From Caecitellus pseudoparvulus (lineage: Eukaryota; Protista; Bigyra: Bicosoecida), in assembly GCA_965644315.1 (NCBI GenBank), contig CBFFRQ010000120.1:1-42402 (forward strand): 42,402 nt of DNA. Reading direction: 5' to 3'. Each line of letters starts with the position of its first letter. Within the stretch, counting starts at the first letter, position 1. Of the stretch, positions 23,601-33,805 are shown in pieces. The notes under the pieces were generated by a model. That model worked only from the letters and a program-made list of their open reading frames with translations, was not told the origin of the DNA and searched no databases. The translations under genes and the position numbers were made by a program.

Positions 23601-26600
23601 CGCGTTGCTGCCCTTGGTACAGCGAGGAGTGGAAGTTCTGGCACACAGCCACACACACTGCGGGGAACTGCTGCTTCTGGAATTCCAGCAAGCTGGACTC
23701 TCCAGTCTTTCTTCCGCTGTCTCCGCAGCTGTGGCAGGCATGCCGCCGGGATCTGACGCTGCAGCTGGCTGCCGCGGTGCTCTTGAAACCTTGGCCGGGG
23801 CAGTGGCGGCCGCACAGCAAAGGACGCTGGCAGCGCACTTTCGAGCAGGTAAAGTGTTCCCTGCTTTGGCATTCATCCACCGCACTGACTGCAGTGTGGA
23901 CGCATCGAACCTGGCTCAAGCTTGCCGAGCCCTCAGCAGGTTTGCACTGGAGGATGGCTGCCCCAGTGTCGCACTGGAACTTCGCACTTTGGGTATGCAG
24001 CACGGGTTGCGAGCGGTTACAAGTGTGCGCGATGCTGGTGTTCTTCCTCGTCTGTCCCAATTCGCCCAACTCGCACACGATTTCTGCGTGCATCCTGCAC
24101 AACCAGCCTCGGCGCAAGCTGCGGTGCGCATCGCGTATTGGGGCTTGCGATCCGCAGCGTGTGGTGACTTGAGCATGGTACAGTCGCTGACACACCAATC
24201 AGATTGGACATCCGTGTGGGGCGAGGTGATCCAAACCGGGGTGCCTGCTCCAGTGCTGATGTCTTGCGAGACAGCAGGCTTCGCCAGCCCCCCTGCTGCA
24301 TCGCCACTCGCACGGCTGCAATCGTTGGACTCCCCCAATCCCCAGACAGCAGACTCATCACCAGGTGGAGCTGATTCAGGTTCATGGCTGCCTTTTGTAG
24401 CCTTCCTGACAGACTGCTTGGACCGCGTGGAAGCGGGCCGCAGCTCAGCCAGGCGAGGGCCATTTGCGTCCGACAGCAAGCTCAAACGTGCTCGCACTGA
24501 CTCTCTCAACAGTATGGCGGGTGCCGGGACGATAGGGAACAGTAAGCACATTGCTGAGTTGCTCAGCTTGGCGTTGGGCATGCCCCTTCCGGACGTGCAT
24601 CCATGGCTCGGAGGGCAGTTCAGCGCTGCGGTGCTCGCAGCTCTGGGCAAGGGGCACACTGCCGTGCTCCCCTACCTCCCCCGCGTGATTTCTATGCTGC
24701 TGGCATTCCCTGTGACATGTTTGCCAGTCTGGCAGAGCCTGGCCGACACAGTGCCACCTTCAGCGTGGCTGACTGCTCTGGAGAGTCTTGTGTCCTTCAC
24801 TGCGTTTGCTGTGCAGCGTGTTCCCCCCCAGCCGCGTATGCTTGGGCGGGGGCCGCCCAGCTCGCCGACATCGACTGCGACTGCCGTGGAAGGGGCGCTC
24901 CAAGCGCCTCACAAGGCAGTCGCTGCTCTGTCGTACCAGCTTCTGCGCGTGGCAGCGGCGTTCCCGCACGCATGTGTGTTCCCGGTGCTGGTGGCGGCAC
25001 AAGGCATGAATCTCGGGCGTGACGACCCGCGATGGGCGCCTCGCATCAATGCCCAGACAAGCCCTGGGGGGTCGGAGTTCCTGCTGCCCATCGTGCAGCT
25101 ACTGTGCCGTGCAGCCCCACTCGCTGAGAACGTTGTCGTTGCTTCACGTGACTTGTACCCGCTTCAACTACGGGTATCTGACGCATGCAAAGCGGTCTCC
25201 ACGGCCATGCGCGGAGACGAAGGGCAGGCAGCAGAGATTTTCGAAGAGTTCCTGAAGGACATGCTGCCAATGGAGCGCCATGAAGAGCGCTGTGACGGCT
25301 CTCATGGTCTGGGAGCGGTCAAGACCAAAGTGGCCCAGGCGCTCCGCAGGAAGCACCGTGAGGGGGCTGTCATCTCCACCGCCACATTGGAGGCAATGCG
25401 CATCATCACAGGGCAGAAGAAGTCATCTGCGGAGCTTGTCCGTCTCGTTCAGGCTGCCTCGCCGCCACCGGGCCAGCACAGGCTGCGGGACTTTTCGGCT
25501 TGGCTAGCTGACTACGACGGGCGCTTGCACCCTGTTTCTGAGGCGTGGAAGTTGCCGAATCAGTACACTCGCAACTCGGATGCCGCTCCAGCCTTTGCAT
25601 CGTCTCAAGTGCGTGTGATGACTCTGGAGTCGAAGGCGCTGTTCCTGGACTCAAAACAAAGGCCGGCGCGGTTGGGTCTCGTCGGCGACGATGGCCAACG
25701 GCACAGGTTTCTTGCCAAGGCTGGAGAAGACATGCGCATGGACCAGCGTGTCGAAGACGCGTTTGGAGCGATGAATGCCGAGGTGCAGAAAGGGCACAGC
25801 TCCCGTTCGGCTGCGCTGCAAGTGCATCAGCTGCTCGTGACGCCCACATCTACGTCTGGTGGCTTTATGCAGTGGCTTGAGGGAGGCGAGACCATGGATG
25901 CTCGGGTCACCCAAGAGCTTGACGCAAGTCATCCAGGTCTCATTCCGGGTGGCTCAGTGCAGTCTGCGGTGATGAAAGGCACAGCGCCAGGCTGCGACGT
26001 TCTGCAGCGCATGCGGGGATCCGGGCAAGCGCCCCTCGCCACGCGCATCGGGCGCCTGTTTGAGAAGTCAGACGACACAGTTGCCGCCGCGTATGACCAA
26101 GCTGCAGCAGCCATCCCCAGCACATCTTTGCAGCGCATGGTGGCAAGGCTTGCACCAGATGGCCGAACGCTGCACTGGCTGCGGCGGCAGCTTGCTGGTT
26201 CCTTGGCCGCCACAAACGCTTGCTCTTACCTGCTAGGCATCGGCGACCGCCACCTGCGGAACATCATGTTGGTGCCGTCCAAAGGTATGGTGGTCCCCAT
26301 TGACTTCGGCTACTCCTTTGGCATTGGCGCCACCAAGTTGCCTGTCATTGAGACGTACTGCATCCGCCTGACGCCCAGCCTGCGAGCCATGTTGGCACCT
26401 CTCCACACTGGGCGGTCCCTGGTCCTCCCCATGGCACGGGTGATGGGCGCGCTGCAAGATTCCTCGCAGACGCTGCTTGCCACGCTGCAGCCATTCATTT
26501 TGGACCCTGTCATGGAGTGGGAGCTGCACGCAGCTCAGCTGTCTGACAAGCTTTTACAGAGTGGCGGGCAAGAGGCCCTTGCACGTGTGCAGCAGGGAAC

Positions 26601-27189
26601 TGCCGCAAGCACAAGCTCGGAAGCCACGACAGGTGCCGATGTCCAGCTGGGAGCCTCGGGCACGCTCATTGTGTCGACGATACAGTCGGCAGCCAGCAGC
26701 TCCACGGTTGGCGGCGTCAAGCGCGGCCGTAGCCGAGGCGCCGTCAGCTTTGACATGCCAGACGCACCGGGAGATTGTGAGGGCGCCCCGACAGAAGTTT
26801 GGGAAGGCCACACCGAGCCGTCTGTGGATGGCGCGGCAGCTGCCGTTTTTTCACCGCAAGCGCAGTTGGAAGCGACGTGGTACCCACAGCTCATGCTGCG
26901 GCGGGTGGAAGCAAAGTTGAAGCGAGTGAACCCCGCCGCGATCTTGGCGGACGAGGTCCAAGACAACAGTCAGTTCCCACGTGCTGCTGGGCAAAGGGCG
27001 GTGCGCTGTGCGTTGCAAGCGATTGCTGGGGCCGAACGAGCTGACTGCTTGCGGGCACGCCCTTCTTGCAATGAGGGCCCTTTGCGCAAGTGTGAAGACG
27101 TGCAGCAGCAAATGGAGTGCCTTGTGGAACTAGCGACGGACAGTGCCCTCCTAGCCCGCGCGTGGATCGGACTTTGCACCCACATTTGA
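11685..27189 (+). CDS. PRKDC: DNA-dependent protein kinase catalytic subunit (PIKK family), ~5,140 aa. Exons 11685-11832, 11915-27189
   Basis: DNA-PKcs signature RQYRAGDFPDVQ...LLRPLMSLCSKDPLMAQCLL (YRxGDxPD, 21748). PIKK kinase motifs: SKQRPARL, FLAKAGEDMRMDQR (25717), LGIGDRHLRN (26245), IDFGYSFG (26302). Then WYPQ...AKLKRVNPAAI and the FATC segment QQQMECLVELATDSALLARAW. A long helical HEAT-like N-terminal region precedes these. Intron 11833-11914 (GTACGC...TGCAG) links ATG 11685 in frame. Confidence 0.92.
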
Positions 27190-27367
27190 CCTTGCGCTGG
27201 CCGCTCAACTGACTCGGGCAAGCAAATCCAACAGCCAGCATCGCCCCAGCACGAGGTGTGGGACACAGCGGCACCTCTGCACCCGCTCCCGTATCTTGTC
27301 ACTGCACAGATTCATATCGTTCTAGCTTTTCGGGCGAGGCGCAGTCAGCGCCCCGTCAGCTGAGAGC

Positions 27368-29601
27368 ATGGCATCTATCGTTGGCCAGATGGCCGGCTCG
27401 TCGCAAGATGGCAAGCTGCGCGAGATGAACATGGCAGAGTTCATGGCTCTGCTTCGCCCTTACTTCTGGCCCACGAATGGGTGGGATCGCGCGAGGGCCC
27501 TCAGCTGTTTCCTGTGCCTGGGCATCAGCAAGGTACGCAGCTGCGAGTGCGCGCTGGAGTTTCGCGTTTCAGCTGATGCCCCCGCTGTCGTGCAGGCCTC
27601 TGGCATTCTGGCTCCCATCTTCCTCGGCCAAGCTGTCGATAAGATTTCCAGGGGCGAGCTTCCAGTGGACTTGTTTGCTATCTGGGCAGCTCTCGTGAGT
27701 GCTGAGTAGCACGTAGGCGTTTGCCGCTATCTGGGCAGGCATCCCCTGGCGCTTTTGCTGCTGTGCAGACGTTTGGGGTGTCGGCAGGGAAGGAGGCACA
27801 GCGCATGGTATACCTTGGCGTGAAGGAGGTGGCCTACCGTGAAATCGCCTCCAGCACCTTCACACACCTGCACAGTCTGAGTGTTCAGTGGCACCTGAAC
27901 CGCCGGATCGGGGTGGTGGTGCGAGCCATGGACCGCGGCATCTCCTCTGCCGCCACTGTCGTCGACTGGCTCTTCCTGCGCCTGGTGCCGACCCTTCTGG
28001 AGGCCATCATCGTGTTCATCATCTTCACCGTCGTGTACGACGCACTGTATGCCGCCATCACTCTGCTGGTGGGTTTTACAGTGTACATGACCCTCACGTA
28101 CTTCATGTCCGAGTGGCGGCGCAAGATCCGCATGCGCCTGAACGACATGGACAACCAGGCATCAGCCGTGTACGTGGATGCCCTGACCAATTTTGAAGTG
28201 GTCAAGGCCTTCACTAACGAGGCGTGGGAGTTAGGCCGGTATGACCGTGCGGTGCAGCGGCACCAGGCCGCCACGAGACACGTGCAGATTTCACTCGGCG
28301 CGCTGAACTCCAGCCAGCAGTTCATCATCCGCCTGACACAACTCGTTATTTACCTCCTGGCTGGCGCTCAAGTTGTGGACGGCAACATTACCGTCGGCGA
28401 TTTTGTAGCGCTGACTGGCTTCGTGCTGGCGGTGTTCGGGCCTCTCGAGTTCATGGGCATGGTGTTCTCGCTCACGGTCACGGCGTACGCTGACATGACC
28501 AACTTGAGCGACCTGCTGCGCGAGAAGCCTGACATTGTGGATGCTCCCGACGCCAAAGAGCTGGTGCTGGAAGCGGGGGGGGCGGTCACACCACCCAGCG
28601 CGAGCGGCGACGCCACTGAGCCGCCTGTGGCGCTCCCAGCCAAGGCCCCAGCATTCTTGCCCCCGAGTGTGGAGTTCAAGAACGTGTCCTTTGCATACCC
28701 CGCCCAGAGTCAGAGCATCATCGACCAGCGCACTGCAGCTCGAAAGCGCGCCGAGGCGAAGCGCAAGGCGGGCGCAGCAGGAAAGGACGCAGACACAGCA
28801 GCGCCCCCTGTTGCAGAGCAGGCACCCGCTGCATCTGCTGCGGGCGTGGAGGTGGTGGTGCCAGACAGCCCGCGGTACGTGCTGAAGGATGTGTCCTTCA
28901 CGGTGCCGCCAGGCACCACCACTGCCATCGTGGGCGCCACTGGCAGTGGCAAGAGCACCATTGCCCGACTACTCTTCCGGTTTTATGACGTGACCTCTGG
29001 CAGCATCCTGGTGAACGGGCAAGCGGTGAATGGGAACCCGGAAGTCACTGCGCATTCCCTGCGCAGTGCAATCGGGCTCATTCCGCAGGACACCGCGCTC
29101 TTCCACGACACCATTGGGTACAACATCGCGTATGGGCGGCCAGGGGCCCCTGATGCCCTCCTGCAGCAGGCTGTGCGTGATGCTGCGCTGGATGAATTTG
29201 TCGCCGACCTGCCGAAAGGCCTCGACACAAAGGTGGGTGAGCGCGGCCTGCGGGTGTCAGGTGGCGAGCGCCAGCGCATCTCCATCGCGCGAGTGCTGTT
29301 GAAAGACGCCCCCATCTTGGTGGCGGACGAGGCCACTTCCGCGCTGGACAGTGTCACGGAGGCGCGGGTGCAGGCCGCCATCAGCCGGGCTCAGTTCGGG
29401 CGCACGGTGCTGGTGATTGCTCACCGCCTTAGCACGATTCGGGACGCTGACCAAATCCTCGTTCTTGACAAGGGCGAAGTGGTGGAGCGAGGCAACCATG
29501 CCGAGTTGCTGGCTACTGGCGGGAAGTATGCAGAATTGTGGCGGCAGCAGGATGCCGATGGGGGGGGCGAGGCGCAAGGCTCACAGGAAGGCGCCGAGTA
29601 A
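27368..29601 (+). CDS. ABC half-transporter, ABCB6/ATM1/HMT1 subfamily, ~698 aa. Exons 27368-27532, 27596-27694, 27769-29601
   Basis: TMD motifs: LRPYFWP, FTHLHSLSVQWHLNRRIGVVVRAMDRG, DALTNFEVVKAFTNE. Walker A GATGSGKST; Q-loop IPQDTALFHDTI; signature VSGGERQR; Walker B ILVADEATSALD; H-loop IAHRLSTI. Introns 27533-27595 and 27695-27768 are both phase 0. Confidence 0.92.
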
Positions 29602-29768
29602 AATGCAAGGATCAAGGATTGATCAACGCAGCAGCATGCTGCACACTTGCCCCAACTTGTATTTTCTCTGAACTAGGAGCTCCAGGGCGGCTGGGTTTGT
29701 CCGACACCTTGGCCCTTGCCTCGGCGCAACGCCAGTGAGGGGCAGCAGCCACCACACAGGTGTCCAGC

Positions 29769-32358
29769 ATGGCCATGCTGCGGCTGCAGCGCGCTTGTCG
29801 GCGTTTCTCCGCGAGTGCACAGCTGACCCTCCCTGGCACGACAATCGTGAGGGACAGGGACCACGCGCAGCAGGTGCTGGAGGCGCTCATGCAGTCTCCT
29901 GAAATCGTCCACGCCTGTGACACGGAGGTGGCCGACATCGACGTCGCAAGTCAGAGCCCTGTGGGAAATGGTAAGGTCATCTGTGCATCCATATACAGTG
30001 GCCCCCATGTGAGCGGGGACAGGGAGCCCCGCATTTGGATCGACAACATGGACGAAGCTGAGGTGAGGTTCAATTTCCGCGTGGCAGCCCGGCGGCGTGC
30101 GCTGACTCGGGCAGTTCCCGAGCACCCCCGCCCCTGTGAGAGCGCAGGGCACGCTGGAGGTATTCAAGCCTTTCTTTGAGAGCGCTTCCCACCTCAAGGT
30201 ACGCGTGCGGGGCGCCGGTGTCACCCCACTTCAGCGGCGCAAGTCACCCAGCCGCTCCCCACAGCTTTGGCACAACTACGGCTTTGACCGGCACGTGCTG
30301 TTCAATGAAGGCATCGACGTTGCTGGTTTGGGTGGGGACACCATGCACATGGCCCGCCTTTGGACGACGGCCCGCGCCAAGAAGGGCGGCTACAGCCTGG
30401 AGAGTTTGAGCGCTGACCTGCTGGGTCACCGCAAAGCGCCGATGAAGGAGCGTTTTTCCGTGCCCAAGCTCAAGAAGGACGGCAGTGAGGGCAAGGAGCG
30501 AGTGCTGCCCCCAGTGGAGGAGCTGCAGCGCAACCCTGCCACACGCCTTGACTGGATTGACTACAGCACGTTTGACGCTGAGGCGACCTGGCGTGTGGGT
30601 GAGGTGTTGCAGAGCAACCTGAAGCAGCGGCACTGGGTTGGCAACCGCAGCATGTGGGACTTCTACAAGCTGTACTACATCCCCTTCGCGACGGTTTTGA
30701 CGGACATGGAGCGGGCCGGCATTCAGGTGGATGTGCAGTCTCTCCTGCCCCAGGCAGAGAAGCAGGCGTTGGCGGAGCGCAAGGCTGCAGAGGAGGCATT
30801 CTTGGACTGGGCCTGCCAGTACTGCCCTGACGCGTACCGCATGAACCCTGGGAGCGACGCCCAGAAGGCGCACTTCCTCTTCGCCCCTGCAAAGCGTGTC
30901 GCGAGCACGCGGAGGAAGGCTGCTCCAGTTGCTCTGTCACCGCCCTCGCCGCCACGGCGGGTGGCGCCACGGCCGTCACAGGCCGGCATGACCCTGGAGG
31001 AGTTTGGCGCCAAGTACAACCTGTCCATGTGCGAGGACCCAGAGGTGGAAGGCGCCGCGATGGGGGCCACTGTGCCGGAGGCCCTGGCGCCCGACGCTAC
31101 CGAGTGGCCAGGTCGGCGCAAATTCCGCGTGGACAACACCGAGGAGTGGATCGAGCCGGGAAAGAAAAAGGCGAAGAAACAGAGGAACATTCTTCTGGAT
31201 GGCCTGGGTGTGCCACCCCCTGCACGTACGGCGGCAGGCTGGCCGGCTGTGTCTGCGACAGTGCTGAGCGAGCTTGCCGGGGCCCCGTTCGCTGACCCAC
31301 CCAAGCTGGGCAGCCTGGCGCATCACTTTGGCTCAGAGGAGGAAGGGCGCGAAGCCTGCGAAGCAGTCGCCAACCTGCACCAGGTGGGCCTCATCGACAC
31401 CATGCTGAGCAACTTCATCCTGCCGCTGCAGAGCATGACTGACTCCCAGGGGCGCGTGCACTGCAGCATGAACCTGAACACTGACACAGGGCGCCTGTCA
31501 GCCCGCCGGCCCAACCTGCAGAACCAGCCTGCACTGGAGAAGGACAGGTACCGCATTCGCCAGGCGTTTGGCTGCAAGCCTGGGAACAAGCTCATCGTGG
31601 CGGACTATGGGCAGTTGGAGCTGCGGCTGCTGGCACACATGGCGGACTGCAAGAGCATGATCGAGGCGTTCAAGCTGGGGGGAGACTTCCACTCCCGCAC
31701 GGCCATGGGCATGTACGACCACATTTCCCAGGCAGTTGCGTCGGGGGACGTGCTGCTGGAGTGGGATGGCAGCGAGGGCGAGGCGCCGCCAGCTCCGCTG
31801 CTCAAGAACGAGTTCCCCTCTGAGCGGCGGCAGGCGAAGATCCTGAACTTCTCCATCGCGTACGGCAAGACGGCAGTGGGGCTGAGCAAGGACTTTGGCG
31901 TCAGTGTGGAGGAGGCCCAGGCCACTGTGGACCGGTGGTACGCGGATCGCCCCGAGGTGCGGGAGTGGCAGGCGAAAGTGCTGGAGATTGCGCGGGCCGA
32001 GGGTGCCACCCGCACGCTCATGGGGCGGTACCGGGACCTGCCTGACCTGTCCAGCTCGAACTGGGGTGCCCGCGGGCATGCTGAGCGTGCTGCCATTAAC
32101 ACGCCCATCCAGGGAGGCGCGGCAGATGTCGTGATGATGGCCATGTTGAAGCTGGCGGCCGACGAGCAACTGAAGGCGTGGGGCTGGACCATGCTGCTGC
32201 AGATCCACGATGAAGTCATCCTGGAGGGGCCAGAGGAGTCTGCAGACGTTGCACTGCAGAAGGTCGTGCAGATCATGGAGCAGCCCTTCTCTGAGCCGCT
32301 CAAGGTGGACATGATCGTGGACGCATCCATCGCGGACACCTGGTACGAGGGCAAGTGA
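29769..32358 (+). CDS. Organellar family-A DNA polymerase (POP / plant PolIA-IB type: 3'-5' exonuclease + polymerase, no 5'-3' exonuclease) with mitochondrial-type presequence, ~812 aa. Exons 29769-30062, 30148-30198, 30265-32358
   Basis: Presequence-like MAMLRLQRACRRFSA. ExoI HACDTEV, ExoII WHNYGFDRHV, DTMHMARLW, ExoIII YSTFDAE. Polymerase region: TGRLSARRPNLQNQPALEKDRY, motif A ADYGQLELRLLAH, motif B RRQAKILNFSIAYG, motif C QIHDEVIL. Introns are 30063-30147 and 30199-30264. Confidence 0.93.
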
Positions 32359-32439
32359 CGTCTCCTCCCAAACCCTAATGCACCGGTATGTGGTAGCTTC
32401 TTGGTGGGGGTCTTGTTCTTCCATTTAGGACACGGCACC

Positions 32440-33560
32440 ATGAGGTGCCCTGGCCCAGTGCGCCGGTGTGACATCAGGCTCCGGAGGCGGCTTGCAGCTG
32501 TGGATTGGGAGGCGCTGGCCGTTCGGCTACTCAAGGCAGCAGTCCGACAGGCTGTGGTCTGGCGCCCGCTCGTGTATGCGTTGATTAAGCCATGGAGTGA
32601 TGCACACGAGACCACTGCTCCTGCACACACGGGCAACATTTCGGCCTTCCTGAAAGTGCGTGGAGTGGTCGCTGTGCAGCAACTTCCGCAATCGCCCACC
32701 ACGCCTTGCTTCGGCTCCACCTGCAGCACTCGTTCGAGCCGCGTTGGCCATTCCCAGCGTTCTTCATTATGTATGCAGCTGCCATGTACGGGCTTTCTCT
32801 CCTGCTGCCCCAGGCAGTGGAGGCCCCAGGATTGTCACTGGCTGCCTTCCGCAGCGTGAGCTTGTGGGCTGGCATGTCGCTTGCTGTGTACGTCTACGTG
32901 AACTTCTGCATCACAGCACGGCCACACCCATTGCGATCTAGGCATGGCAGCTTGCGGGATGTCTTCGTGCTGCTGCTGCTGTCGCCAGTGATGGCTTGGA
33001 GTGCTGCGCAGGTGTGGCGAGAAGCGCCCCAAGAGGCTGATAGGCTGGCTTTTCTCACGCTCGCCTGCGCAGGGGCGGCACACCACCTGTCCTTCATCCA
33101 GCGCTTTGGTCTAGATGTCGGCTCCCTGTCAGCCCAGTGCCTGGTGGAGGGGGGCTCCTCTAAGTCCCGCATCCTGGCGCTAGTCAAGGTGCTCGCTGCG
33201 AGCTCGCTAGCGTGGTGGCATGGCGCGCTGTCGGTGTGGCGGGGGTCGGTGTGGCACTTGCTGCCCTGGAGCGCCGTGGTGCTTGGGGTGTTGGTGCTGG
33301 CGGCGCTGTCCTGCCACTACACGCACTTGCACATTCACCACTGGGCGGCAGGGCTCATGCTGATGCCGCTCGCGAGCGTGGGCTGGCCCACGGCCAGCGC
33401 AGCCTTGCTGGGCCTGGGTTGGGGCATGCTGGTGGAGGGCGCAGCTCGATGGTCTTGTGCTCCCCTGCTGCATCTGAAGTATGACATTTCCGAGGCCGAC
33501 TTGCAGCGTGAGGAGGCAAGTTTGATGCAGTGGGTGAATGACGGCAGCACGCGCATCTGA
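32440..33560 (+). CDS. Uncharacterised multi-pass membrane protein with HxHxHH motif, ~349 aa. Exons 32440-32655, 32727-33560
   Basis: Intron 32656-32726 (GTGCGT...CTGCAG, phase 0) joins ATG 32440 to the hydrophobic ORF. There are about 7-8 hydrophobic segments and the motif CHYTHLHIHHWAAGLML...GLGWGMLVEGAARW. Confidence 0.7.
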
Positions 33561-33805
33561 GCAGCACTTGGCAGGTGGTGCCAAAACTGCATGGCAGATG
33601 ATGGCTTCCGAATGTATTTCTCGCGTTTGGTTTCCGTCGGTGATTTTCCTTCCTTTGCCGGTGATCTGGCGCCAAGCAGAGTGGCGCTGCCAGCGAGCAG
33701 TGTCGCGTGCGACACGGCACTTTCTTCGCTGCTGGGCGCTCCACCGGGCTGCGAGTGACTGTCAAGCGCCCTGCAGGGGTCTTGTTACATATATAGTATT
33801 GCACC

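Noticed and set aside
11685-27189. TOR/ATM/ATR/SMG1 identity for the PIKK
   Set aside because: YRxGDxPD, KxGEDxRxDQR and WYP...KL...NPA match DNA-PKcs specifically.
29769-32358. Pol theta / Pol nu or phage/Polinton polymerase
   Set aside because: There is no helicase domain, the exonuclease motifs are intact, POP-type motifs and a presequence are present, and no viral or transposon genes are nearby.
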